DNA from: Verrucomicrobiales bacterium
GTDB lineage: Bacteria > Verrucomicrobiota > Verrucomicrobiia > Limisphaerales > SXTU01
Reading direction: 5' to 3'
Length of the DNA: 64,000 nt
Assembly: GCA_005791875.1 (NCBI GenBank)
Contig: SXTU01000291.1
Coordinates: 4,138 to 68,137 of the forward strand
Part shown: positions 34,385 through 43,649 of the stretch, piece by piece
How the letters are laid out: each line of letters begins with the position of its first letter
Position numbering within the stretch: the first letter of the stretch is position 1
Program-made: the position numbers and the translations under genes
The notes under the pieces: model-generated
Databases searched by the model: none
Told to the model about the DNA's origin: nothing
Seen by the model: only the letters and a program-made list of their open reading frames with translations

Positions 34385-35245
34385 TCACCTCACCTTGCTC
34401 CCGAAGCCGCGTCGCCCGAGGAAATGCCGGAGCTTGTCGAGAATCGGCTCGTCCGTCGGCAGGTGCAGATAATCAATGCCGAAGCGGGTCAACTCGCTCT
34501 TCCAGCCTTCCGCGTCCACCCACGCGCGCCGCCCGTGGCCGATGAACGCGCGGCCCGATTCAGCCTCGACGCCGCGAAACAAACCCGCGCCGCGCACGCC
34601 CAACTCCGCCGGGTCTTGCAGGTGCAGCACGATAACGTCGTGCTCCTGCGCGAGCACTTGCAACGCGGGAAACGCCTCGGGGTCGTGCAGGTCGCTCAAC
34701 ACGATGACCATCGTGCGGCGCTTCAAGGACGGCGCGACCTCGCGGGCGCGGGCGGCGAGCGAGGTGTCTTCGAGGAAATCATGATGGCGGAGCTGGTGCG
34801 ACCATTCCATCACGACGTTGCGCGAGAGCGTCGGGCGCACGTGCAGTTCTCGCGCGCCGCAGCCGAGCAGGCCGACGGGCGTGACGTTCCCCTGCGCCGC
34901 GAGCGCGATGCCCGTGGCGATTTGCACGGCCCACGCGTATTTACTCATGGGCTGCGACGTGACGCACATGGACGCCGAGGTGTCGAGTAGCAGGTAGAGC
35001 GGCATCTGCTTCGGCTCCTGATACTCCTTGATGAAGAGCTTGCCGACGCGCGCCGAGACCTTCCAGTCAATGGCCTTCACCGGGTCGCCCGCCACGTAGA
35101 GCCGCGACTGCGCGAACTCCAGCCCGCTGCCGTGGAAAACGGATTCCTCCTGGCCGAAGTTGAGGCTATTCGCGAGGTGCTTCACCGCGACCTCGAACTG
35201 CCGGGCGTCCACCGGCTCGGAACTGAGTTGAACCTTGCGCTGCAT
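34385..35245 (-). CDS. DUF58 domain protein
   Basis: FHGSGLEFAQSRLYVAGDPVKAIDWKVSARVGKLFIKEYQEP...LLLDTSASM. It lies directly downstream of MoxR, as usual. Confidence 0.8.
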   Translation of the reverse strand: MQRKVQLSSEPVDARQFEVAVKHLANSLNFGQEESVFHGSGLEFAQSRLYVAGDPVKAIDWKVSARVGKLFIKEYQEPKQMPLYLLLDTSASMCVTSQPMSKYAWAVQIATGIALAAQGNVTPVGLLGCGARELHVRPTLSRNVVMEWSHQLRHHDFLEDTSLAARAREVAPSLKRRTMVIVLSDLHDPEAFPALQVLAQEHDVIVLHLQDPAELGVRGAGLFRGVEAESGRAFIGHGRRAWVDAEGWKSELTRFGIDYLHLPTDEPILDKLRHFLGRRGFGSKVR

Positions 35246-35254
35246 GAACGGAAA

Positions 35255-36259
35255 TCAGCCGAGGGTGCCGAGAATTCCTTCGAGCACCTGCTTGCCCGTG
35301 TGGCCGGCGGCGGATGCCTCGTAGCTCACGCGGATGCGGTGGAGCACTACGTCCTCGGCGAGGTCGAACAAATCCTCCGGCGTCACGAAGTCGCGGCCGT
35401 GGATGACGGCGCGGGCACGCGAGGCGTTGACCAGCGCGAGGCCGGCGCGCGGGCTGCAACCGAAGTCGAGCAGCTTGGATTCGCGCGTGCGGCGGACCAG
35501 CTCGACGCAGTGCTTCACGATGACTTCGCTGACGTGGACGGCCTGCACGGCTTCCATCGCGGTGACGAGGTCTTCCACGGACGCGCCAGGGTTGTCCTCA
35601 ATCATGTCGAAGGCCGAGCGCGGGACTGCGCCGCCGTCCTCGCGCCGCAAGCCCATGCCGAGCTGGCGCTGGAGAATCATCTGCTCGTCGTCGCGGCCCG
35701 GATAGCCGAGCCGGTGCAGCAGCATGAAGCGGTCGAGCTGCGCCTCGGGCAGCTCGAACGTGCCGGACTGCTCGACCGGGTTCTGCGTCGCGATGACCAG
35801 GAACGGCGTGGGCAGCTTCAGGTTCTGCCCGCCGATGGTGACCTTGCGCTCCTGCATCGCCTCGAGCATCGCGCCCTGCACCTTGGGCGCGGCGCGGTTG
35901 ATTTCGTCGGCAAGCAGCAGGTTGGTGAAGACCGGGCCGCGGTGGATGCGGAAGTCGCCGCTCTTCTGGTCGATGATTTCCGAGCCGATGATGTCGGACG
36001 GGAGCATGTCCACGGTGAACTGCACGCGTTTGAAGTCGAGGTGAATGGCCTTCGCGACGGCGTTGACGAGGAGCGTCTTCGCGAGGCCGGGCAGCCCTTG
36101 CAGCAGCAGGTGACCGCCCGTGAGCAGCGCAATCATCACGCGCTCAACAACGACATCCTGGCCGACGACGATTTTGCCGACGCGCTCGCGGACGCCGCCG
36201 GCAAATTGCTCGGCGGTCTTGGCAGCAGCGGGGTTGGGGGAGGGTTGGGTGGTTTGCAT
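35255..36259 (-). CDS. MoxR-family AAA+ ATPase
   Basis: ATG 36259 (MQTTQPS...). Motifs are Walker A GLPGLAKT, LLADEINRAAPKVQGAMLEAMQE and ATQNPVEQSGTFELPEAQLDRF. The 203 upstream track codons are Arg/Ala-rich junk. Confidence 0.9.
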   Translation of the reverse strand: MQTTQPSPNPAAAKTAEQFAGGVRERVGKIVVGQDVVVERVMIALLTGGHLLLQGLPGLAKTLLVNAVAKAIHLDFKRVQFTVDMLPSDIIGSEIIDQKSGDFRIHRGPVFTNLLLADEINRAAPKVQGAMLEAMQERKVTIGGQNLKLPTPFLVIATQNPVEQSGTFELPEAQLDRFMLLHRLGYPGRDDEQMILQRQLGMGLRREDGGAVPRSAFDMIEDNPGASVEDLVTAMEAVQAVHVSEVIVKHCVELVRRTRESKLLDFGCSPRAGLALVNASRARAVIHGRDFVTPEDLFDLAEDVVLHRIRVSYEASAAGHTGKQVLEGILGTLG

Positions 36260-36291
36260 CAAATGTGAGTTCGGTTCTGAAGGGGTTGAGA

Positions 36292-39200
36292 TTAACAAGC
36301 TGCGCGCAGCCACTTCTCCGCCACGCCGCGCAGGTCCGCCTCGGTCATCTTGCTGCCGTTGCTGCCGAAGCACGTCTGTTGCACGCGCTGGAGGTCTTGC
36401 TGGAGTTCCTGCCGTTGCGGCTCGCGCAGCGTGGCCAGCGGGCTCGCATGCAAGCGCCGCAGCAGCGCGACCACCGCGAAGCCATCCACGTCGGCGGGCA
36501 TCTTGAAGACATCGCGCGCGCGCAGCGGCTTTTCGCTGTCGTCCGCACTGCGCCGAACCAGCAGGTAAATTAGCCCGACGACGAGCAGCGCAGCCCCAGC
36601 TCCGACACCCGGCCACAGGTAAGGATTCCGCGCCGGCTTCAGCACCACGCCGCCAGCCGCAGCAGCGACCGTGCGACCGAGCCGCACGGTTGGCTGCGGG
36701 AGCGTGGCGAGGTCCATGTCCTTGTAGGTCTGGTAAACGGCGACGACGTCCGTCGTCTTCGGCAGCGGGAAATGGAAGTCCACCGGCCCCTCCGCCGCGC
36801 GAATCACGTCGCCGTTGAGCGAGAGCGTCCACAGCCGTTCGGTGCGCGGCGCGACGCGGTCGCCCCACGTGTTGATTTCCTTCACCTGCAAACCCTCGTG
36901 CGCGTTCGTCTGGCGGATGCCCACGGCCTTCGCGAGCGCGGCGAGGTCGAGCAACTCGTTCAGCTCCGGCACCAGCCCGGTCGCGGTGGCTTTGACCTCG
37001 AGCACCAGCGCGCCGTTGATGCCGAACTGCCGCGTGTCCAACGTCTGCGTGACCTCCACCTTCTGCGCCGGGCGCGGCGGTGCGTTGGCCGCGACCTTAA
37101 TCACCGTCTCCGCCGACTGCGCGGGAATGGTCACCGGGCCGGTCAGGTCCACGAACTTCAACTCCAGTTCCACCGGCGGCACCTTGTCCACGCTCGCGTC
37201 CTTCGGGCGCACGAGCAGATAGGCCAAGACCGTTTCCTCCCAGCCGGGCTGCGCGGTCGCGCGCGGCTTCACGTCGGTCGAGGCGAAGGTGATGGACTTC
37301 ACATCGAAGAACGGCGTGAGGCTCTCCATAAGACTCAGCTCGAACTCATCGCGCGGCCCCTGCGCCTCGCGCATCTTGCGCGCGAACGGCGACTTCCGCC
37401 GCGCCTTGCCCGGGCCCGCGCCGGGGTCGTTGCTGAGATACTGGCCGAACTGCCCGACGCGGCCCATCGCCTCCGTGTGGACGAGGCTCACGATGAGGCC
37501 GAACTCTTGGTCGCGGCCCACGGTGTTCGGCCCGTCCACGCGCGTCTGGAGCCGCAGCTCGCTCAACAGCTCGTCGAAATACCCGACCTTCTTTTCCGCG
37601 CCCAACGTGAACGGGTTGTCCTTCGTGATGACCAGCGCGCTGGCGAGGTAGCGGTATTTCAAATCCTCGTGCAACGGGTCGCGCTCATCCGCGAGCCGCG
37701 CGTTCACCGTCTTCGCGAACAACGTCAGGTGCACCTGCGCCGCCTTGCCGGGCAAAGCCAGCAGGCTCTCGCGAATCTTCGTCAACGCCGCGCGGTTCAT
37801 CGCCTTCGAGAGGTTGAGTTGGCCGCCGGAGCCAATGCCGATGAGGCCGTGGAACCAACCCAGGTGCGCATCAATCGAGTGTTCAGCCGGCGCGAGCTTC
37901 GCGACTTCCTTCGCGTAAGCCGCCGTGCCGCGCTGGAAATAATCCTGCGCCTGCAAGTTCTTCTCCTTGTAGCCGACCATCCGCTTCTTCGCATCGCCGG
38001 AGACCAACTCCTGGAAATACTCGAAGTCGCCCCAGTCCATGAGCAACGTGCCGCCGAGCGTGAGCGCGCGTGAGCCCTCAGCGTGGCCGGTGAGCCAGTC
38101 ATCAATCATCTGGAGCGCCCCTGCGTAGCCCGCGCGCACCATCTCGAGCGTCTGCGTTTCGTTGCGGCGGGTGAGACCGGCTTTCTGCACGTCCATCTTG
38201 CGCCAGCGCTCGGTGAGGTTCGCGTGCATACGCGAGAGGATGAGGAAGAAGAGTTGCTCGTCCATCTTCGCCAGCGGGCCGAACACCTTCTCGATGTGCG
38301 TCGTGCGATAAGCCTCGGCGTTGCTGTAGGCGAGGTCGAAGGCGGCGACGACTTTCTGATAGTCCTTCGGCGCAATGCCCGCTTGGCGAAACAGCGCCAT
38401 CATCCGCGCCAGGCTCTGGATGTTCTTCTCCATCATGATGGGCGTGACGGGAATCCGCGCGTCGTCGGGCAACGAGTATTTCCTCCGCATCGCCTCGGAG
38501 AGCGTTGGGTTGTGCGTCTGCGCCCAGACGGTGAGGAAGTCCTCGGCGAGCGCCACGCCTGCGCCCGGCGAACGCTTGCCAATCTCCACGATGCGCTCGG
38601 CGGCAGAGTCGAAGTTCGCGCTGGCGAGAATGATTTTGGAAAGCCCCACATCAAGCCGCTCGCGCAGGCTCGCGGGCAACGCAGCGGACCACTTGCCCGA
38701 CGGCGCGTTCGCCAACAAGTCCTCGGGCGCGACCAGCTTCGGCTTCGAGCTGGAGGGCGATGTCTTCTGCGTGAACGTGTTTTCCGCCTCGACCAACCAG
38801 TGCTCGGCCATCATCTGCGCCAGCTGATTCCAAGGCTGCGCGCGCAGGTCCGCGTTCTCGCCGAGCATCGTGGCAACGGAAGTCTGCGCCTTCAGGTTCT
38901 CCGTTCGCACGGCTGGCTCGCCGCGAATCTCGCTCTGGAGCTTGCGCCCGAAACCGCTGACGAGCCGCACCGCGCTCTCGGGCTGGCTCTTCACCATGTC
39001 CGCGAAGACCGGCCCGAGCGTGCCCGGCGGGATTTGCATCATGACGCGCGCGAGCGCCGCGCCGGCCTTGGTTTTCTCCCAGTCGTTGACCTTGGTGAGC
39101 GTGAGGATGCGGAGGTTCTCGTCCCAAATCTTCTGCACCTGCGCGCGCTGCGTGGCCTCGGTCTCCTGCTGCGACGCGAGGAAAGCCGTCAGCTCGTTGC

Positions 39201-39879
39201 GCAAACCCTCGTCGGCCAACTGCTCCACCTGCGCGAGCGACGGCAGGTAAGTGCGCGCTAATTCCTTGAAGCCGCCAGCGAGCAACACACGCCCGGCGAG
39301 CAAGCGCTTGGCCGGGTCGCTGCCGCCGAGTTTGGCCGTTCCCTTCGCGAGGCGGTCGGCAATCCAGTAGCTCTCGTTCGCAGGCACGGCGAGGCTCAAG
39401 AGCTGGCCGAGCTTGCGGAGGTTATCGCCGGTCAGTTCGCCCGGCACGGCGTCGGCGAGACCGAGCACGTCATCGAGGCGGACGTTGGGCTTTTGCTTCT
39501 CGGTGAGGTCGCCGAGCATCTTGTCGTAAACCTTGCGCGCCAACTCCGGCGGCATCACGCCCAGCTCGGCGCGGACCTTCGCCCAATCGCCGGTGCGGAA
39601 GAGGTAGAAGAACCGGTCGCTCGCGGTCTGCGACGCGGGGTCGGTGCGCTCGGCCTTTTCGAGCGCGCTGAAGATGTCCGTCAGCTCGCGCGAGAACTTG
39701 TGAGTGAGAATGGACTCGTATTGCTTGAGCACCTTGGCGTCGAGCGCCGCGGGTTGCTGGGCGTGGGCGGGCGCAACGGCTGCGAGGACGCACACCGTGA
39801 GCAGGAGCGCGGCGTTCACGCCGCAGAAGTGTGCGAACGAAGACGCGCGCGAAGCAATGCGTCGCCCGCCATGAACCAC
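36292..39879 (-). CDS. Very large secreted, C-terminally membrane-anchored protein (hypothetical)
   Basis: About 1195 aa if GTG 39879 is the start (alternative GTG 39819). The signal core is VNAALLLTVCVLAAVAPAHA. There is a single C-terminal TM span (GVGAGAALLVVGLIYLLV) plus a cytoplasmic tail. The track start at 40371 requires translating a palindromic repeat. Confidence 0.6.
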   Translation of the reverse strand: MVHGGRRIASRASSFAHFCGVNAALLLTVCVLAAVAPAHAQQPAALDAKVLKQYESILTHKFSRELTDIFSALEKAERTDPASQTASDRFFYLFRTGDWAKVRAELGVMPPELARKVYDKMLGDLTEKQKPNVRLDDVLGLADAVPGELTGDNLRKLGQLLSLAVPANESYWIADRLAKGTAKLGGSDPAKRLLAGRVLLAGGFKELARTYLPSLAQVEQLADEGLRNELTAFLASQQETEATQRAQVQKIWDENLRILTLTKVNDWEKTKAGAALARVMMQIPPGTLGPVFADMVKSQPESAVRLVSGFGRKLQSEIRGEPAVRTENLKAQTSVATMLGENADLRAQPWNQLAQMMAEHWLVEAENTFTQKTSPSSSKPKLVAPEDLLANAPSGKWSAALPASLRERLDVGLSKIILASANFDSAAERIVEIGKRSPGAGVALAEDFLTVWAQTHNPTLSEAMRRKYSLPDDARIPVTPIMMEKNIQSLARMMALFRQAGIAPKDYQKVVAAFDLAYSNAEAYRTTHIEKVFGPLAKMDEQLFFLILSRMHANLTERWRKMDVQKAGLTRRNETQTLEMVRAGYAGALQMIDDWLTGHAEGSRALTLGGTLLMDWGDFEYFQELVSGDAKKRMVGYKEKNLQAQDYFQRGTAAYAKEVAKLAPAEHSIDAHLGWFHGLIGIGSGGQLNLSKAMNRAALTKIRESLLALPGKAAQVHLTLFAKTVNARLADERDPLHEDLKYRYLASALVITKDNPFTLGAEKKVGYFDELLSELRLQTRVDGPNTVGRDQEFGLIVSLVHTEAMGRVGQFGQYLSNDPGAGPGKARRKSPFARKMREAQGPRDEFELSLMESLTPFFDVKSITFASTDVKPRATAQPGWEETVLAYLLVRPKDASVDKVPPVELELKFVDLTGPVTIPAQSAETVIKVAANAPPRPAQKVEVTQTLDTRQFGINGALVLEVKATATGLVPELNELLDLAALAKAVGIRQTNAHEGLQVKEINTWGDRVAPRTERLWTLSLNGDVIRAAEGPVDFHFPLPKTTDVVAVYQTYKDMDLATLPQPTVRLGRTVAAAAGGVVLKPARNPYLWPGVGAGAALLVVGLIYLLVRRSADDSEKPLRARDVFKMPADVDGFAVVALLRRLHASPLATLREPQRQELQQDLQRVQQTCFGSNGSKMTEADLRGVAEKWLRAAC

Positions 39880-39891
39880 AACGCGCTCCTC

Positions 39892-40017
39892 CTCCCTCTC
39901 CCTTCCTCGGAGGAGGGGAGAGGGTTGGGGTGAGGGGTTCTGTGCGTCGGCGCAAGTGGCCCCACCCCTCATCCGGCCTGCGGCCACCTTCTCCCCTCCT
40001 CCGAGGAAGGGAGAAGG
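39892..40017. repeat. Nested palindromic repeat (CTCCCTTCCTCGGAGGAGGGGAG core + GGGGTGAGGGG/CCCCACCCCTC)
   Basis: Two inverted copies of a core that is itself self-complementary. When translated it gives PSPxLRGxGE-type low-complexity peptide. It lies upstream of the signal core of the 36292..39879 gene. Confidence 0.8.
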
Positions 40018-40117
40018 CGCGTGGCGTGGCGTCTGGTTGGTAGCGAGGCTGGCAGTGGAGCGAAGTGATTTCATGGACTGGAAAATCTGGCAGGCGATGA
40101 AGTGAATGGGAACCCCG

Positions 40118-40762
40118 TCAGGAACCTTTGTTCGGCAGCTTCTCGAACTCCTGGAAAACATCCCGGCCGTCTTTCTTCGTCCCGGCCTTGGGACCGACGC
40201 CGGGGCCGAGCAACTCGGCGGCGGCCTTGGCTTTGCCGGGGCCTTCGGGCGTGGGGCTGTGCTTGATTTGCAACGCGGTCTCGAGGTTCTGCAACTTCGC
40301 CGCGTTGATGCCCGCGACGCCGTTGACCGCGCGGATGCTGCCGCCCGCACCGACGGTCCCACCACCGACATTGACCGCCGTGCCCTTCACGCCCACGACG
40401 GGCGGGGCCTTCGGCGGCGGGGGCGGAGGCGGAGGTTGCACGGGTGGTGGCGGCAGGACCGGCGCGCGGCCATCGGCCTTCACGCCGTTGATGGTGTCGA
40501 TGCCATCAATCTTGTTCACGCCCTGCGCCGCGTTCTTCGGCGGCGGCGTGACCGTCGGCTCGATGGGTTTCACCTTCGCGGCGGCTTCTTCCCTCACGCC
40601 TTTGACGGCGGAGACGGCGGCGGCGGGTGGTGGGGCTTTCTCTTGCGCGACGGCGAGGCCGGCCAGGCACAGGAGCACGGACGCCCACGTCCGCAGCACG
40701 CAGCGCGGACGTGGGCGTCCGTGCTCCTCGACTTGGGGTGAGTGAAACAAACTTGGATTCAT
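40118..40762 (-). CDS. Secreted proline-rich protein (hypothetical)
   Basis: The ATG at 40762 overlaps the upstream stop (ATGA). An alternative GTG at 40699 gives MLRTWASVLLCLAGLAVAQE. A PPPPVQPPPPPPPP tract follows. Confidence 0.5.
   Translation of the reverse strand: MNPSLFHSPQVEEHGRPRPRCVLRTWASVLLCLAGLAVAQEKAPPPAAAVSAVKGVREEAAAKVKPIEPTVTPPPKNAAQGVNKIDGIDTINGVKADGRAPVLPPPPVQPPPPPPPPKAPPVVGVKGTAVNVGGGTVGAGGSIRAVNGVAGINAAKLQNLETALQIKHSPTPEGPGKAKAAAELLGPGVGPKAGTKKDGRDVFQEFEKLPNKGS
40671..40728. promoter_or_regulatory. Perfect 24-bp stem / 10-nt loop hairpin across the start region of the Pro-rich gene
   Basis: aggagcacggacgcccacgtccgc, loop agcacgcagc, then gcggacgtgggcgtccgtgctcct. The in-frame GTG (40699-40697) is in the loop, and on the mRNA strand the 5' arm begins AGGAG. 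Confidence 0.6.
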
Positions 40763-41322
40763 TGCGTTTTGCGTTGGAGAGTCTTCTCAAACTCCGCCTC
40801 GACGCGCCGCTCGTATTGAGCCAGCGCCGCCGGGTCCTGGTGCTCGGCGAGGTAGCGGAAGATTTGCCGGGTGCGTTCGGCGAAGGGCCGCCATTCCTCC
40901 TCCGTCGCGCCGTTGGTCTTCAGCAGATACGTGGCGTAATAGTTCGCCTTGCCCAGTTGCTCGCGGATGGCGCGCGTGACCTTCGCGTCGTCGCCGTGAA
41001 CCTGCGCGGCTTCCTGGAGCAGCTCGTTCAAGTCGGTGATGGAGCCGACGACATCCAGCATCCCGAGCCGGGCCTTGGCCTTCGCGAGGCGAATCTGGTG
41101 GCGGACCAGCGGCGTCTCCTGCGCGGGTAACTCGGCGGTGAGCTTGTCGTATTCTTCGAGCACGCGTTCCCAATCCGGCTCCTTGGCCCGCTCCAGCTCG
41201 CGGATGGTCACGACGCGGGCGTGGGCCTTCTCGCGCGCGACTTGGACCTGCCCTTGATTGAAGTGGTAGTAGAGCACCGCCACTGGGAAGAGCAGCCAGA
41301 GCAGGGTGAAGAACTTTCTCAT
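40759..41322 (-). CDS. Membrane-anchored helical protein (hypothetical)
   Basis: ATG 41322 (MRKFFTLLWLLFPVAVLYYHF); 187 aa. There are 4-nt overlaps with both neighbouring genes. Confidence 0.6.
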   Translation of the reverse strand: MRKFFTLLWLLFPVAVLYYHFNQGQVQVAREKAHARVVTIRELERAKEPDWERVLEEYDKLTAELPAQETPLVRHQIRLAKAKARLGMLDVVGSITDLNELLQEAAQVHGDDAKVTRAIREQLGKANYYATYLLKTNGATEEEWRPFAERTRQIFRYLAEHQDPAALAQYERRVEAEFEKTLQRKTQ

Positions 41323-42332
41323 CGCGCGCCTGCCCTCGCTTCCTGCGGCTGCGGCTGGCTCGCGTCCTCGCGCTCGGGATGGCTCACGCGCCAATCGCTG
41401 CCGAAATATTCGAGCGCCACGGGAATCAACGCCAACACCGTCGCACCCAAGGCCATTGCCATGACTGCCAGCTCGGCGAGCGTGAAGCCCTTGCGCGGCG
41501 GGGCCATCGTGACGACGAGGTCGCCGAGCGCGGTGGTGGGCAGATGCTTCTCGTTCACATCGGTGTAAGTGCCCTGGAGCGCCGAGGCCACGGCGCGCAA
41601 GGTGTCGCCTTCCTGGCGCGATTGATGGCCGTCAATGAACGTGCCCTTCTGCGGGTTGCCCACGCCCAGCACGAAGACTTCCTTCACCGACTTGGGCCGG
41701 GGCGCGATGGGCGCGAGGCTCACGCAATCGCCGTCGGTGACGACGATGAGCCGCGTGCTGCCATCGGGGAAATCAGCGACCAGCTTGACCGCCTCGTTGA
41801 GGGCCTTGCCGAGGTCGGTCGGGCCGTCACGCATCGCGTAACTCAGCGGCAGACCGTTGAAGACATTGCGGACCAGCTCTGGGTCGCGCGCCTCCATGAC
41901 CACCGGCTGCGAATCCGTCCAGAAGCCGATGACGCCGAAGCGCAGGTTCCCACTCACGCGGTGGAGGATGCCCTCGACCACCTCGCGCACGCGCACGGCG
42001 CGCGTCTGCTTGCCCTCCGGTCCCGCATCGGTGAGGTGCATGCTGGGCGAGAGGTCCGCGACGAACACGAGCCGCGTGGCGTCCTTGTCCGCACCGGACT
42101 TGCGGTTGCCGCCCTCCTTCTCCGCGAGCTTGAGCAGGAACAACGTCACCAACCCCCAAGTGAAGGCCGCGAGCGCAAGCGACCGCAGCAACGGCACCCC
42201 GCGCGTCCAGCCATGCGGCTGGCCCGCCGGCCCGAACGCCAGTCGCCCCACCGCGCGGATGCGCCGCACGTGCAGCCACTCGGCGAGTGACGCAAGCAGC
42301 AGGACGGCCAGCGCGGCAAGCAGCGGCGTCAT
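41319..42332 (-). CDS. VWA domain membrane protein (BatB-like)
   Basis: ATG 42332 (MTPLLAALAVLLLASLAEW). MIDAS-like VFVADLSPSM, VVTDGD, and a C-terminal TM span. Confidence 0.75.
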   Translation of the reverse strand: MTPLLAALAVLLLASLAEWLHVRRIRAVGRLAFGPAGQPHGWTRGVPLLRSLALAAFTWGLVTLFLLKLAEKEGGNRKSGADKDATRLVFVADLSPSMHLTDAGPEGKQTRAVRVREVVEGILHRVSGNLRFGVIGFWTDSQPVVMEARDPELVRNVFNGLPLSYAMRDGPTDLGKALNEAVKLVADFPDGSTRLIVVTDGDCVSLAPIAPRPKSVKEVFVLGVGNPQKGTFIDGHQSRQEGDTLRAVASALQGTYTDVNEKHLPTTALGDLVVTMAPPRKGFTLAELAVMAMALGATVLALIPVALEYFGSDWRVSHPEREDASQPQPQEARAGAR

Positions 42333-42706
42333 GCGGGGAAAACGGTCGGGGCCATGCCGTTCACCGCGCACCACGGCGCGAGGCAAGACCGGGGCCGCCG
42401 TTGCGGGCAAGCCCTCGCGGTGTCAGGCAGCACAGGATAGTCATTCAATGGAGTCCGGGTTTTGGAATCGGCCGCGTGTTCTTGCTTCACCACCCCTCGA
42501 AAAAAAACGCTTTCACACTGGACGCGCCCCGCGTCTGGATTATTGAAAGTTTCCCGGTCAATTCCGCCCCGCGTCAAACTCGCCCGGCGCTCGGAACGGC
42601 TCGCCACATCTGGGCAGCTGCCTCCCGGGCGGGCCAAACCACAGGAAAACTTTGACACGCCCACGCCGTTTGACCAGCCTCGCCGCGAAATTCAACTGAC
42701 TACATT

Positions 42707-43558
42707 ATGAGATTCGGCATCAATTCCTTCCTCTACACCTCCCCGTTCACCACCGACAGCGTGAAGCTGTTCCCCAAGTTCAAGAAGTGGGGCTTCGACA
42801 CCGTCGAGATTCCGGTCGAGGCGCCGGAGCACATTGACCCGGCGAAGGTGAAGGCCGCCGCCGACAAGGCCGGCCTCGCCATTGGTTCCATCTGCGCCTG
42901 CATGGGCCCGGGCCGCGACTTCCGCGGCACGCCCGAAGAGCAGGCCACCGGCATGGCCTACTGCAAGGCGCTCGTGGATCAGGCCGCCATCATGGGCTGC
43001 CCACGCCTCATCGGCCCAATTTACTCCGTCGTAGGCAAGGCCGACGCTGTGGAGCCGGCGCAACAAAAGATCGAGTTCGCGCTCGTCGTGAAGAACTTGA
43101 AGGAACTCGCCGCCTACGCCGGCGCGAAGGGTGTGACGCTGTGCATCGAGCCGCTGAATCGCTTCGAGACCGACTTCCTCAACACCACCGACAAGGGCCT
43201 CGCGCTCATCAAGGCCGTCGGTGCCAAGAACGTCGTCCTGCACCTCGACACGTTCCACATGAACATCGAGGAGAAGAACCAAGCCGCCGCCATCCTCAAG
43301 GCGGGCAAGACGCTGGGCCACTTCCACGCCTGCGGCAGCGACCGCGGCACGCCCGGCGGCGACCACATTGACTGGAAGCCCATTGTTGCCGCACTCAAGA
43401 AGATCAACTACCAGGGCGACGTGGTCATCGAGAGCTTCACCACCGACGTGAAGGTCATCGCCCGCGCCGCCGCCATCTGGCGCAAGATCGAACCCAAGCG
43501 CGACGACATCGCCGTGAAGGGCCTCGCGAACCTTAAGCGCCTCTTCGGTAAGAAGTAG
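42707..43558 (+). CDS. Sugar phosphate isomerase/epimerase (xylose-isomerase-like TIM barrel)
   Basis: MRFGINSFLY...GFDTVEIP...CIEPLNRFETDFLNT...LHLDTFHMNIEE...VVIESF. Confidence 0.8.
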   Translation: MRFGINSFLYTSPFTTDSVKLFPKFKKWGFDTVEIPVEAPEHIDPAKVKAAADKAGLAIGSICACMGPGRDFRGTPEEQATGMAYCKALVDQAAIMGCPRLIGPIYSVVGKADAVEPAQQKIEFALVVKNLKELAAYAGAKGVTLCIEPLNRFETDFLNTTDKGLALIKAVGAKNVVLHLDTFHMNIEEKNQAAAILKAGKTLGHFHACGSDRGTPGGDHIDWKPIVAALKKINYQGDVVIESFTTDVKVIARAAAIWRKIEPKRDDIAVKGLANLKRLFGKK

Positions 43559-43649
43559 GCCGCGACGAAAGTCTTTTGCGCGAAAGCCGCTGGAATAGTC
43601 CGGCGGCTTTCCGCTTTCTATTCCCCACAGTCCAAAAGCGAGCGGCCGC

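Noticed and set aside
39880-40371. N-terminal 160-aa extension of the 1359-aa ORF (and similar extensions of MoxR to 36868, metF to 15678, the grx-like gene to 24375 and sixA to 1356)
   Set aside because: The extensions translate palindromic repeats or Arg-rich junk. Conserved family N-termini begin at the internal starts listed in the features.
42652-42706. Promoter call from TTGACA (42652-42657) / TTGACC (42669-42674) upstream of the isomerase gene
   Set aside because: No acceptable -10 hexamer lies at 16-18 nt spacing, and promoter consensus in PVC bacteria is uncertain. There is not enough evidence for a feature.
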